Source: Planctomycetota bacterium (GTDB lineage Bacteria; Planctomycetota; UBA1135; UBA2386). From it: a DNA stretch of 64,000 nt. The translations under genes and the position numbers were made by a program. The DNA lies in the NCBI GenBank assembly GCA_965223545.1, contig OZ245006.1:6752001-6816000 (forward strand), written 5' to 3'. Below the pieces are notes generated by a model. The model had not been told where the DNA came from and made no database searches. It saw only the letters and a program-made list of their open reading frames with translations. The first letter of the stretch is position 1. Every line of letters begins with the position of its first letter. Shown here piece after piece: positions 47,869 through 57,540 of the stretch.

Positions 47869-49031
47869 CGGGCGAACGGCACCGCGCAGGTGAACGCCGG
47901 CGACACCGCGTTGAGCACGTGCATCGAGCGCGCGTCGCCCTCGATGTGGAAGTCCATGACCAGCGTGCGCCGGCGCCGGTCGAGCAGCTGGGCGCGGATG
48001 CCGGGCCGTCCCCAAGTGCGCCACTCGCGCGGGTCGACGCCGTCGAGGAGGGCGCGTGCCTGGCCGACCAGATAGCGGCGGAAGTACTTCTTGATCTCTT
48101 CGACCGCGAGTCGGCGGAACGGGAAGCCGGCGCGGAACATCAGGCCGGTCTCGAGCCCGACGACCTCGGCCATCTCGCGTGCCGAGAAGTTCTCGAAGCC
48201 GCGGTAGTGCTCGCGCCAGAACGCCGGGGTCGCGGTGGGACCGATCTTCATCTTGCCGTCGACGGTGACGGTGAAGTGCACGCCGAGAAAGGGATAGCCC
48301 AGGTCCGGCACCGGATAGACGTTGGTTGCCAGCTGCCCGGGCGGCGCGCTGCAGTACAGGTACAGGCCCTTGAAGGGCAGCATCGCGTGCTGCTGACAGA
48401 AGCCGTAATCGCGCGCGACTCGATCGGCGTAGACGCCGGCGGCGTTGACCAGGAAGCCGGTCGGCACCTCGCCCGCCGTAGTGCGCACCGAATCGCCTCG
48501 GCGGCCGAGGTAGCGCGCGCCGCGCACGATCTCGATGCCGGCCGCGGCGCAGTCGTCAGCGACCGCGCGCATCACGGCCATCGGGTCCACCGAGGCGGTG
48601 GTCGGTGACCACAGCGCGCGCTCGTGGGTGCGGACGCGGGGCTCGATGTCTCTCGCCGCAGCCGCATCGATCGATTCGAGCGCGACTCCGTTCTTGGTTG
48701 CGCGCGACAAGAGCTCGTCGAGGCCGGCCAGCTCGGCCTCGCACGTGGCCACCACGAGCTTGCCGCAGCGCCGGATCGGCAGCTGCTTGGCCTCGCAGTA
48801 CTCGCGCCAGTATGCGTTGCCGTCGCGGCAGAACCGGGCCTTGAGGCTGTCGGCGGTGTAGTAGAACCCGGCGTGCAGCACGCCCGAGTTGCGCCCGCTG
48901 GCGTGGGCCGCGAGCTCGGTCTCCTTCTCCAGCACCACGACGCGCTGGTCGGGGTGCCGCCGGCGCAGCTCGCTGGCGACGGTCAGGCCGACGACGCCGC
49001 CGCCGACGACGGTGAAGTCGGCCGCCTTCAA
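47835..49031 (-). CDS. lhgO: L-2-hydroxyglutarate oxidase family FAD-dependent oxidoreductase
   Basis: VVGGGVVG, HASGRNSGVLHAGFYY, YPVPDLGYPFLGVHFT, GIRAQ, HVLNAVSPAFT. TTG start overlapping the upstream TGA. Confidence 0.88.
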   Translation of the reverse strand: MKAADFTVVGGGVVGLTVASELRRRHPDQRVVVLEKETELAAHASGRNSGVLHAGFYYTADSLKARFCRDGNAYWREYCEAKQLPIRRCGKLVVATCEAELAGLDELLSRATKNGVALESIDAAAARDIEPRVRTHERALWSPTTASVDPMAVMRAVADDCAAAGIEIVRGARYLGRRGDSVRTTAGEVPTGFLVNAAGVYADRVARDYGFCQQHAMLPFKGLYLYCSAPPGQLATNVYPVPDLGYPFLGVHFTVTVDGKMKIGPTATPAFWREHYRGFENFSAREMAEVVGLETGLMFRAGFPFRRLAVEEIKKYFRRYLVGQARALLDGVDPREWRTWGRPGIRAQLLDRRRRTLVMDFHIEGDARSMHVLNAVSPAFTCAVPFARYVCDRIDAQR

Positions 49032-49972
49032 GAGGTGCCGTCCAGATGACGCCGGCGGTAGTAGTCCGCCAGCTCGTCCCAGGCCGCGATTTCGTCGAAC
49101 TCGTATTCGTCGGCGTAGACCACGTCGGTGTTGACGCGCATCATCGGCTCGGGGAAGTCGGTCTGCGTCGCGAGCTCGAGCGCGCAGGTGAGCCCCAGTC
49201 GGGGCCGCATCGCCTCGGCGAAGCGCTGCGCGAACGCCCCCTGGGTCTCGACGTAGCCGCAAGGGCCGAAATGTGCCTCGCCCTGGTCCGGGTCCATGTG
49301 GGCGACGAAGTCGGCGTAGGTGGCGGCCAGCAACCGGACGTGGATGTTGTCGCGCAGGTACGACGGGGTCGCGACGCGCGCCGTTTCGCCCTTGGTCCAC
49401 GTGCGCACCAAGTAGTCGGTGAAGCGTGGCTCCTCGAGTGGACCGAACGGATTGGGAATCACGAACTTGCCCAAGGCCAGGCCCGCCTCGTCGGCGAAGT
49501 GGCGCATCGCCAGGTAGCTCAGGCTCTTGGACAGGCCGTACGGCGAGAAGGCGCGGCGCGGCTCCTCGCCGGCGCCCTCGTCGTTCTCGAACACGCTGCC
49601 GGTGGCAATCACACGGCCGCCGCCGCCGTCGCGGAACGCGGCGAGCACCGCCCGCAGCCGTTGCGTGTTGTTCGCCAGAGCCGCGGCGAAGTCGAAGTCG
49701 GCGGACTTGTAGTCGCGCACGTCGGCGGCGTGGTGGCAGAGCGCGTCGAAGCCACCGTCACCGAGCACCTGCAGCATGCGGTCGCTGCCGAAAGCGCACT
49801 CGTAGACGGGCGAGCACACATCCGCGACCAGGGCGACCCGCTCGGCGCGCACGCCGTCGTAGCTGTCGTCGCCGCGCTGGAACGTGGCCACGACCTCGTG
49901 GTCGTCTTCTGCCAACGCCCGGGCGAACCACGCGCCGGTGAACGAGCTGGCGCCGGTCAGCAGGACCTTCAT
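49028..49972 (-). CDS. NAD-dependent epimerase/dehydratase (extended SDR)
   Basis: MKVLLTGASSFTG, YGLSK, NPFGP, RDNIHV. Confidence 0.88.
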   Translation of the reverse strand: MKVLLTGASSFTGAWFARALAEDDHEVVATFQRGDDSYDGVRAERVALVADVCSPVYECAFGSDRMLQVLGDGGFDALCHHAADVRDYKSADFDFAAALANNTQRLRAVLAAFRDGGGGRVIATGSVFENDEGAGEEPRRAFSPYGLSKSLSYLAMRHFADEAGLALGKFVIPNPFGPLEEPRFTDYLVRTWTKGETARVATPSYLRDNIHVRLLAATYADFVAHMDPDQGEAHFGPCGYVETQGAFAQRFAEAMRPRLGLTCALELATQTDFPEPMMRVNTDVVYADEYEFDEIAAWDELADYYRRRHLDGTS

Positions 49973-50523
49973 GCGTTCTCGCCGAGGTGGTGGCCGGCGT
50001 CGAAGTCGGGGTGGGCGCGGTCCTTGTCGGAGACCACGGCCGGCGCCGCCGGCCACTGGATGGCGAAGCGAGGATCGTCGTAGCGCACGCCGCGCTCGCG
50101 GTCGGGGTCGTAGAACGCGGAGACCAGGTAGACGGCCTCGCAGTCGTCCGTCAGCGTCAAGAAGCCGTGCGCGAAGCCCTCGGGCACGTACATCATCCGC
50201 CGGTTGTCGGCGCTGAGCTCGGCGCCGAAGTGTTGGCCGAAGGTCTTCGACTGTGGCCGCAGATCGAGCACGACGTCGTACAGTGCGCCGCGCACGCAGC
50301 GCACCACCTTGACCTCGGCGGCGGGCGCCAGTTGGTAGTGCATGCCGCGCAGGGTCCCCGCAGTGGCGCTGAGCGAGTTGTTCATCTGCACGAAGTGGGT
50401 GACCAGACCGTGCTCGCCGAACTCGCGCTCGCAGAACATGCGGGCGAAGAAGCCGCGGTCGTCGCCGCGCTTCTCGACGTCGATGGTGTAGGCGCCGGCC
50501 AGCGGCGTGGAGTTGAAGATCAT
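49969..50523 (-). CDS. rfbC: NDP-4-keto-6-deoxyhexose 3,5-epimerase (RmlC/RfbC family)
   Basis: DDRGFF, GTLRGMHYQ, DVVLDLR, YVPEGFAHGF, SDKD. Confidence 0.92.
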   Translation of the reverse strand: MIFNSTPLAGAYTIDVEKRGDDRGFFARMFCEREFGEHGLVTHFVQMNNSLSATAGTLRGMHYQLAPAAEVKVVRCVRGALYDVVLDLRPQSKTFGQHFGAELSADNRRMMYVPEGFAHGFLTLTDDCEAVYLVSAFYDPDRERGVRYDDPRFAIQWPAAPAVVSDKDRAHPDFDAGHHLGENA

Positions 50524-50528
50524 GTTGG

Positions 50529-51320
50529 TCAGGCGCGCCAAGGCGCGTTGCCGGTGGCCCAAATGCCGTTGAGCTGATCCATGTCGCGCTGGGTGTCCAT
50601 GCACGCCCAGAACGCGGTGTGCCGGTAGACGTGCAGTCCGTTGTCGCGGGTCAGCTGAACCAGTGGCTCGCGCTCGAGCACGCAGCCGTCGTCGGGGGAC
50701 AGGTAGCGGCGGAAGTCGCGGCGGAAGAACATGAAGCCGCCGTTGATCCAGCGGTCTTCGAACTCGGGCTTCTCCGCGAACTCCGCCACTCGATCACCGT
50801 CCAGCCGAAACTCGCCGAAGCGAGACGGCGGGTGGATGCCGAGCACCGTGCCGGTTCCGCCGTGGCCGACGTGGAACGCGAACTCCGCGCCGATGTCGGC
50901 ATCGGTCAGGCCGTCGCCATAGCTCACGGCGAAGTGCTCGGCGTCACCGAGGTAGCGGTCCAGCGCGCGCGCGATGCGCGCGCCAGTCATCGTGTCGACC
51001 CCAGTATCGGACACCGTGACGCGCCAGTCGTCCTGGTGGTCGACCGAGTGGACGGTGACTTCGTCGCTCTGCAAGTCGATGGTGAAGTCGCTGTTCATCG
51101 ACGAGTAGTTGAGGAAGTACGACTTGATCACCTCGCTGCGGAAGCCGGCGCAGAGCACGAAGCGGTTGAAGCCGAACTTGCTGTACCAGCGCATGATGTG
51201 CCATAGGATCGGCTTGTCGCCGACGTGCACCATGGGTTTGGGACGGAGTTCGGTCTCTTCTTTGAGGCGCGTGCCGAGGCCGCCGCAGAGGATGAAGACG
51301 GGGACCTGGCTGGGTTGCAT
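50529..51320 (-). CDS. rfbF: Glucose-1-phosphate cytidylyltransferase
   Basis: ILCGGLGTRLKEETELRPKPMV, DTGVDTMTG, YGDG, WINGGF, FWACMDT. Confidence 0.92.
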   Translation of the reverse strand: MQPSQVPVFILCGGLGTRLKEETELRPKPMVHVGDKPILWHIMRWYSKFGFNRFVLCAGFRSEVIKSYFLNYSSMNSDFTIDLQSDEVTVHSVDHQDDWRVTVSDTGVDTMTGARIARALDRYLGDAEHFAVSYGDGLTDADIGAEFAFHVGHGGTGTVLGIHPPSRFGEFRLDGDRVAEFAEKPEFEDRWINGGFMFFRRDFRRYLSPDDGCVLEREPLVQLTRDNGLHVYRHTAFWACMDTQRDMDQLNGIWATGNAPWRA

Positions 51321-51366
51321 GGCGTCTTGTCGAGGGGGCATCGGAAACGCGCGGAACGCGGAGCGG

Positions 51367-52326
51367 TCAGGGCGAGCGTCCCTCGCGATAGGGGATCGAG
51401 GTCCAGTAGTAGTCCTGGCCGCTGCACCGGCGCTTGATCCAGTCCGGCGCCTTGGTGCACGCCGCGCCGAGCCGGTAGCCGCTCCACTTTGCGCCGAGGT
51501 GGAGCAGCGCGTACGGCAGCGACCACGGTTTGCGGCGGACGATCTCCTTCAGCAGCGACGTGCTGAACGAGCGGCCGCGGGCCTCGTCGGTGCCGCTCAC
51601 TCCGGTCACGCCGGCGTTGAGCCGGCGGGCATACCCGGTGTCGAAGTAGCGCTTGAACTCCTGGCCGAGGCCGTAGGTGTGCGAGTGCTGGACCACCGCC
51701 TCGGCGACGTAGGCGATGCTGTGGCCGTTCTGCAGGATCTTGGCCACGGCGACTTGATCCTCGTGCGTGAGCACCGGGGCGAAGCCGCCGATCTCGTCGA
51801 GTGCCCGGTTGTCGTAGACCGCGAAGGCGTTGCTGCAAAAGATGGTGTAGATGCCGTAGCGCTCGCGGTCGGCGAGGCTGCGCACCTGGCTCTCGTCGGG
51901 GTAGTTGAAGGTCCGCGGGAAGGCCTCCCAGAAGCCGGCGCCGTCGTGCGCGATCTGCCGCGCGTAGGCCACCGCCGCCTCTTCGCGGCGGATCGGCTCG
52001 ACCAGCTTGCCGAGCACGTGCTCGTCGACCGCGTATGCGTCGGGAGTGACCATGGCGACGATGTCGGTGCCGAGCTCCTGTCGGGCCCGCTCGCGGGTGT
52101 CGCCGTGGTTGAACTCCGGCCGCGGCACGATCAGCGTATCGGCGCCCAGTCGCTCGGCCTCCTCCACGGTGCCGTCGCCGGAGGACGAGTTGACCACCAG
52201 CACCCGCGGACGCAGGCTGCTCTGCAGAATCGGTGGCAGGCACCGCTCCAGGTGATGGCGCGCGCAGTGAGTGATCACCGCGACGCCCACCGACGGGCGG
52301 TGGCCGTTGTGGCCGTTGGCGCTCAT
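51367..52326 (-). CDS. Glycosyltransferase family 2 (rhamnosyltransferase-like)
   Basis: VVNSSSGDGT, FNHGDTR, TPDA, AYARQ, FCSN, HED, VQHSH, RYFDTG. Confidence 0.88.
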   Translation of the reverse strand: MSANGHNGHRPSVGVAVITHCARHHLERCLPPILQSSLRPRVLVVNSSSGDGTVEEAERLGADTLIVPRPEFNHGDTRERARQELGTDIVAMVTPDAYAVDEHVLGKLVEPIRREEAAVAYARQIAHDGAGFWEAFPRTFNYPDESQVRSLADRERYGIYTIFCSNAFAVYDNRALDEIGGFAPVLTHEDQVAVAKILQNGHSIAYVAEAVVQHSHTYGLGQEFKRYFDTGYARRLNAGVTGVSGTDEARGRSFSTSLLKEIVRRKPWSLPYALLHLGAKWSGYRLGAACTKAPDWIKRRCSGQDYYWTSIPYREGRSP

Positions 52327-52368
52327 GGTGGTGGAAACGAGGGCGTCCCCTCGGGAACCGCGGGGCTC

Positions 52369-52397
52369 ACGATGCCAGCGCCGGAGGGGAGGGTCAA
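52369..52397 (-). promoter_or_regulatory. Putative sigma70-type promoter for the GT2-rfbF run
   Basis: Minus strand TTGACC-N17-CATCGT. Confidence 0.4.
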
Positions 52398-52516
52398 GGG
52401 TGGCGCGCGCGGTGGCGGGGGAGCGGCTGCGTGGCAGCCGCGGCCGTATGGGCGGTTGCGGGCGAACGCCGGCGGAGGCTGCGCCGCCCGGCCGCCGGAT
52501 CGGACCGCAGGCGAGG

Positions 52517-53221
52517 TCAACCGGCGGCGAAGGCCGCGGCGAGCCGCGCCGCGTCCCGTGGCGCCGCGCCCTGGTCCTCGTGCTTGAGGAACGCGAAGGC
52601 CTCGGTCCACGGTTGCGCGGCGATGCGCTCCGCCCAAGCCCGCAGCGCCGCTTCGTCGTAGCCGGCGCGGCGCAGCCGCAGATAGCCGAAGTCGGCGGTC
52701 GGCACGATCTCCGGCTCGGGCGCGTCGTCCTGGTCGGCGCAGCAGAGCGCACAGCCAGCCTCCCGGAGGATCTGGTGGATCGCCTCGTCCCGCCAGGACT
52801 CGTGGCGGAACTCGAACACCGCCCGCATGCCTTCCGGCAGGGTCGCGACGAAGTCCTTCAGCCGTTCCGCGTCGGCGCGGAGGTTGGGCGGCAGCTGGAA
52901 CAGGATCGGGCCGAGGTGGTCGCCGAGTGGTTGGACCACCTGCCACAGGTAGTCGACGGTGTCCTTGCACTCGCGCAGCCGCGCGCGGTGAGTGATCCGC
53001 TGCGATGCCTTGATGACGAACACGAACTCCGGTGGCACCGTCGCCGCCCACTGCGCGGTGACCTCCGGTTTGGGCAAACGGTAGAACGTGTTGTTGATCT
53101 CCACCGTCGGCAGCCGCGCCGCGTAGAGCGCGAGGAACTCGGCCGGCTTGGCGTCCTCGGGGTAGAAGGGCCCCTTCCACGCCGGGTAGCTGTAGCCGCT
53201 GGTGCCAGTGCGGAGCTGCAT
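52517..53221 (-). CDS. DUF72 (YecE-like) family protein
   Basis: GTSGYSYPAWKGPFYP, VEINNTFY, LFQLPP, EFRHESW, YLRLR, KHED. Confidence 0.92.
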   Translation of the reverse strand: MQLRTGTSGYSYPAWKGPFYPEDAKPAEFLALYAARLPTVEINNTFYRLPKPEVTAQWAATVPPEFVFVIKASQRITHRARLRECKDTVDYLWQVVQPLGDHLGPILFQLPPNLRADAERLKDFVATLPEGMRAVFEFRHESWRDEAIHQILREAGCALCCADQDDAPEPEIVPTADFGYLRLRRAGYDEAALRAWAERIAAQPWTEAFAFLKHEDQGAAPRDAARLAAAFAAG

Positions 53222-54339
53222 CAGAGGTTGCTCAGGCGGATGGCGTGCGTTGGGCAGTGCCGCTCGCAGGCGCGGTCCTTGACGCACTCGTAGTTGTGCG
53301 GCTTGCGCACGACGTTGCCCATCGGCACGGCGACGTAGCCGTCGGTGGCGCACACCGCCTGGCAGATGCCGCAGTGGATGCAGGCGTTCATGTCGACGTC
53401 GAGCTGCACGTAGTCGCGCGGCTGGTCGATGCTGCGCTCGACCTCCATCACCGCTTCGGGCCGGCACAGCGGGCGGGTGAGCGGGTGCGTGGTGAGCACC
53501 TCCATCGCCTCGTGCTCGCCGCGGCGCACCAGGTCACCGACGTCGGGCGTGCCGAGCACCCCGATGCCGATCAAGTCGGGCTTGATCATCACCAGGTTCT
53601 GGCCGGCGTGCCGGTGCAGGTTCTGCTCGTTGAGCGCGTTGCCCATGATCTCGTAGGTCTGCGACAGGATGTGCGGCAGCGTGGCGCGGAACGGCGTGCG
53701 CGCGTGGTAGTCGCGCATCGACAGGTCGACCGCGACCACCAGCCGCGCCTGGCGCGCCAGGCCGAGCGTCAGACACAGGCTCTCCCCCATGCCGCCGTCG
53801 ATGTAGTGCTCGCCGTCGATCTCGAGCGGCTCGAAGATGCCCGGCAGGCAGCTGCTCGCGTAGACCGCGTCGGCGACGCCGATCGCCGGCGTGCCGGGCA
53901 GCCCGAAGTAGCGCATCGTGCCGGTCTCCAGCGACAGCGCGTTGCAGAAGAACGGCTTCTGCAGCTCCTCGAACTTGCCGCACGGTACCGATTGGCGCAG
54001 GAAGTCGAGGAACGGACGGCCCTTGTAGACCGAGGCGTGGCGGTAGCCCTTGATCAGGAACTTCAGCAGATTGAGGCGGAAGTAGTCCTTGAGGGAGATC
54101 CGCTGCACGACCTCTTCGCACTGATGCGAGTCGAGCCCACCGGCGTGCATCGCGCCCATCACCGCGCCCATGCTGGTGCCGATCACCTCGTCGATCGGAA
54201 TCCCGCAGCGCTCCATTGCGCGGAACACGCCGATGTGGGCGAACCCCTTCATGCCGCCGCCGCCGAGCACCAGGACGACCCGCGGCCGGGGGCGAAACGC
54301 CTCGGTGACGAGCGGCGCGGGGGGTGGTTCCGACGACAT
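53221..54339 (-). CDS. Patatin-like phospholipase fused to C-terminal ferredoxin-like Fe-S domain
   Basis: GGGGMKG, GTSMG, DGG. C-terminal CIHCGICQAVC and CVKDRACERHCP. Confidence 0.88.
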   Translation of the reverse strand: MSSEPPPAPLVTEAFRPRPRVVLVLGGGGMKGFAHIGVFRAMERCGIPIDEVIGTSMGAVMGAMHAGGLDSHQCEEVVQRISLKDYFRLNLLKFLIKGYRHASVYKGRPFLDFLRQSVPCGKFEELQKPFFCNALSLETGTMRYFGLPGTPAIGVADAVYASSCLPGIFEPLEIDGEHYIDGGMGESLCLTLGLARQARLVVAVDLSMRDYHARTPFRATLPHILSQTYEIMGNALNEQNLHRHAGQNLVMIKPDLIGIGVLGTPDVGDLVRRGEHEAMEVLTTHPLTRPLCRPEAVMEVERSIDQPRDYVQLDVDMNACIHCGICQAVCATDGYVAVPMGNVVRKPHNYECVKDRACERHCPTHAIRLSNL

Positions 54340-54349
54340 GCGTGCGGGT

Positions 54350-54378
54350 TAGGTAGGCGAAGCGGCGGGGGGCGTCAA
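54350..54378 (-). promoter_or_regulatory. Putative sigma70-type promoter, near-leaderless, for the patatin gene
   Basis: Minus strand TTGACG-N17-TACCTA, 10 nt before ATG 54339. Confidence 0.4.
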
Positions 54379-54498
54379 GCGAGACGGGGTGGATTCCGCC
54401 TCCCTGCATCCGGGCAGTCGCGCGCGGGCCTTTTGCACCGGCTCGCGCCGGCTGCGCGGCGCGCCGGTCGTGTATGCTGCCGGCCGAGGACTCCCACC

Positions 54499-55980
54499 AT
54501 GAAGATCTTGTTCCTCTACCCGGACATGATCACGCGCAGCGAGAGCTGGCACGGCTACTACTACGAGGGCATCGCGATGCTCTCGGCTGCGGCCAAGCAA
54601 GCCGGTCACGAGACCGCCCTGCTGCACGTCTACAAGCCGCTCGACGACGCCGAGATCCTGCGCTGGGTCGAGGAGAACCGCGACGGCGACAACACCCTGC
54701 TGGCGTTCTCCGCCACGACCAACCAGTTTCCGCACGTCAAGCGCTGGGCGCCGATGCTGAAGAGCGCCACCGGCCTGCCCACCGTGATCGGCGGCATGCA
54801 CCCGACCTTGTCCGCCGAAGACGCGATGGCTGCCGATGGGGTCGACATGATCTGCTGTGGCGATGGCGAGGGGCCGCTCGCCGAGCTCGCCACCCGGCTG
54901 CAGGCCGGAGGTGGGGCGGCCGGCGTCAAGGGTCTCTGGTACCGCGACGGTGGCGGGATCGTGCGCCAAGAGCTGGCGCCGAACACCGACGTCTCGACCG
55001 CGCCGTACCCCGACTGGGGGATCTACCCCGAGTACCACAAGCTCGAGGCGATCCGCGAGCGCGTCGGCATCCTGATGGGCTCGCGTGGCTGCCCGTACAA
55101 CTGCGCCTACTGCTGCAACCTGGCGCTCATCAAGCAGAGCAAGGGGCGCGGGCGCTACCTGCGCTTCAAGGAGGTCGACGAGTTCATCAAGGAGATCGAG
55201 GTCTACTTGGCGCGCTATCCGGAGACCGTCGCCCTGTTCTTCGAGGACGACATCTTCGGCGTGTGGAAGAAGTGGCTGCGCGAGTTCGTGCCGGCCTACA
55301 AGAAGGAGATCGGCATGCCGTTCGGCTGCAACATGCGGCCGAATCTCGTCGACCAGGAGATGGTCGACCTGCTGGCCGAGGCCGGCTGCAAGCGCGTGCA
55401 CATGGCGATCGAGTCGGGCAACGAGGAGGTGCGCAACCGCATCCTCAACCGCAACCTCAGTCACGACGTTTTGGTGGGGGCGTTCAAGATGTTCAAGAAC
55501 GCCGGCATCCAGCTGCAGTCGTACAACATCGTCGGCTCGCCGCACGAGACTCCGAGGGCCGTGCTCGACACGATCAAGATGAACGCGGAGATCGATCCGG
55601 AGTGGATCCAGCACTCGATCTTCTATCCATACGAGGGCACTCCGTTGTACGAGCTGGTGCACAAGGAGGGCTTGGTGGCGCGGGACCGTGAGGTCACCGA
55701 CTACTTCGCCGACACCGTGCTCGAGCAGGCGACCATCCGCCGCGAGCAGGTGGTGATGTTCCAGGAGTACTTCAAGCCGCTGGTGAAGCACTACCAGCGC
55801 ATCTGGGCGTGGCCCAAGCCGCTGCGCGGCGTCGCGCAGGTGGCGACCGACCGCTTCCTGGTGTGGCGCGGCGCGCCGCGGACGATGCGCGCGGTGCGCC
55901 AAGTCGGCGGTGCGCTGCCGCGTTGGGGTCGGCGTCCGGCGCCGGCCGACAAGCCGGCGGAGGCCGAGGTCGTCTGCTGA
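54499..55980 (+). CDS. Cobalamin-binding radical SAM protein (class B / BchE-like superfamily)
   Basis: IGGMHPT, GDGE (B12 domain); SRGCPYNCAYC; FEDD, IESG, FYPYEGTPLY. GAGGA RBS. Confidence 0.92.
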   Translation: MKILFLYPDMITRSESWHGYYYEGIAMLSAAAKQAGHETALLHVYKPLDDAEILRWVEENRDGDNTLLAFSATTNQFPHVKRWAPMLKSATGLPTVIGGMHPTLSAEDAMAADGVDMICCGDGEGPLAELATRLQAGGGAAGVKGLWYRDGGGIVRQELAPNTDVSTAPYPDWGIYPEYHKLEAIRERVGILMGSRGCPYNCAYCCNLALIKQSKGRGRYLRFKEVDEFIKEIEVYLARYPETVALFFEDDIFGVWKKWLREFVPAYKKEIGMPFGCNMRPNLVDQEMVDLLAEAGCKRVHMAIESGNEEVRNRILNRNLSHDVLVGAFKMFKNAGIQLQSYNIVGSPHETPRAVLDTIKMNAEIDPEWIQHSIFYPYEGTPLYELVHKEGLVARDREVTDYFADTVLEQATIRREQVVMFQEYFKPLVKHYQRIWAWPKPLRGVAQVATDRFLVWRGAPRTMRAVRQVGGALPRWGRRPAPADKPAEAEVVC

Positions 55981-55998
55981 GCGGCCGGCGCCGCCGGC

Positions 55999-56631
55999 TC
56001 ACTCGCTGTTGACTTGCGCGCGCTGGACCTCCGGCCGGGTCAGCAGCGCGGCGGTGAGCTCGGCGGAGCGGCTCGGGTCCAGCGCGGCGAGCCGGATTCG
56101 CAGCTCGAGCTGATCGCTGGCGCGGTCGCTGGTGCTGCGGGTGAGCTCGAGCCGTGGTGCGAAGGCGCGCACCGCATCGAGGCACGGGGTGGGATCCGCC
56201 GACGCCGGCGTCAGCGTCAGCCGCAGCGTCGCGGTGATGGGCTCGTCACCGCTCGGTTGCAGCGCGCGCAGCACCAGTACGACGACGCCGACGACGGCCG
56301 TGCCGACCGCGGCGACCGGGAAGTTGCCGACGCCGGAGGCCATGCCGGCGGCGACCGAGAAGATCACGAACACGGTGTCGCGCGTCTCGCGCACGACGGT
56401 GCGGAAGCGGACGATGGCCAAGGTGCCGACCAGGGTGAAGGCCGCCGCGATGTTGTCGCCGACGGCCATCATCACCGTCGCGATCAGCGGCGACAGCATC
56501 ACCAAGGTCTGGCTGAAGCCGATGCTGCGCTCGCGCGGCGTGCGCGCCGCGCGGAACAGCAGCGCGACGATCGCGCCGAGTACCGTGGCGACGCCGAGGC
56601 GGAGCGCGATCTGCGGGACGGCGTCGAGCAT
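55999..56631 (-). CDS. DUF4956 family membrane protein (MgtC-like)
   Basis: VMMAVGDNIAAAFTLVGTLAIVRFRT, AAGMASGVG. Confidence 0.8.
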   Translation of the reverse strand: MLDAVPQIALRLGVATVLGAIVALLFRAARTPRERSIGFSQTLVMLSPLIATVMMAVGDNIAAAFTLVGTLAIVRFRTVVRETRDTVFVIFSVAAGMASGVGNFPVAAVGTAVVGVVVLVLRALQPSGDEPITATLRLTLTPASADPTPCLDAVRAFAPRLELTRSTSDRASDQLELRIRLAALDPSRSAELTAALLTRPEVQRAQVNSE

Positions 56632-56679
56632 CGGCCGCTGACTTTAGGTCCCGGTGCGCGGGTGGGCGACGGCGTGGCG

Positions 56680-57540
56680 TCAGTTTTGTGGGGAGCGCGG
56701 TGGTTGCCGAGACGCGCGGGCCTTCGCCGTGGCACCCAGCAGCAGGTCGCAGCGCAGGGGGCGGTGGTCGGATGCGTGCGGTTCGGCGATCACCGCGAAG
56801 GCCTGCGCGGTGATGCCGGCGCCGTTCGGGACCAGGATGGCGTCGATCGTGCGGTCGGGGCGATCCGCTGGAAAGGTGTGCGGGGCGCCGGCGCCCGCCG
56901 TGCTGGTCCAGCCGTCGGCGAACAGCTGCATCACCGCGGAGCCTGGTCGTGAGTTGAAGTCTCCGGCAACGACCACCGGAGCCGGCGCGGAGTCGATCGC
57001 GGCGAGCAGAGTGCGTGCCTGCGCGCTGCGCTGCTCCTCGGTGGCGTAGAAGTGCACGTTGGCGATGGTCAGCCGCCGGTCGGAATCGCCGTGCCGCACG
57101 GTGACGAGCAGCGCGGTGCGCGGCTCGGCGCCGGCGGGGAGGCGCAGGTTGTCGACGCGTTCGACCGGCAGACGGCTCAGCGTGGCCATTCCGTACTCGC
57201 CGCCGTCGTAGGGCATGAAGGCGCCGAACTCGGCGTGCATGCCGGTGCGCGCGCCGAGCGCCCGCGCCTGGTCGACGCCGTTGGTGCGGCCGGTGCCCCG
57301 GTCGATCTCCTGCAGGCAGACGACGTCGGCGCCGGCCGCCAGGATCACCGCCGCGGTTCGGTCCAGATCGACGACGCCGTCCATCCCGGCGCCGTGCCGC
57401 ACGTTGTAGGTCATCAGCCGCAGCCGGTGGGCGGCAGAGGGGGCTTCCGCGGGTGGTTCCGTGTTGTCCCCCTGAGCGGCGACGGCACCGGCGAAGAGCG
57501 CGGCGATGAGGGCGGAACGCGGGTGGTGGACGGAGCGCAT
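56680..57540 (-). CDS. Exported endonuclease/exonuclease/phosphatase family protein
   Basis: MTYNVRHG, DVVCLQE, VAGDFN, IDAI, SDHRP. Signal peptide present. Start 57540 or 57549. Confidence 0.9.
   Translation of the reverse strand: MRSVHHPRSALIAALFAGAVAAQGDNTEPPAEAPSAAHRLRLMTYNVRHGAGMDGVVDLDRTAAVILAAGADVVCLQEIDRGTGRTNGVDQARALGARTGMHAEFGAFMPYDGGEYGMATLSRLPVERVDNLRLPAGAEPRTALLVTVRHGDSDRRLTIANVHFYATEEQRSAQARTLLAAIDSAPAPVVVAGDFNSRPGSAVMQLFADGWTSTAGAGAPHTFPADRPDRTIDAILVPNGAGITAQAFAVIAEPHASDHRPLRCDLLLGATAKARASRQPPRSPQN

Noticed and set aside
53221..54339. CBASS-type (CapV) anti-phage patatin effector
   Set aside because: No nucleotidyltransferase/cyclase or other defence genes adjacent. The sequence is RssA/NTE-like.
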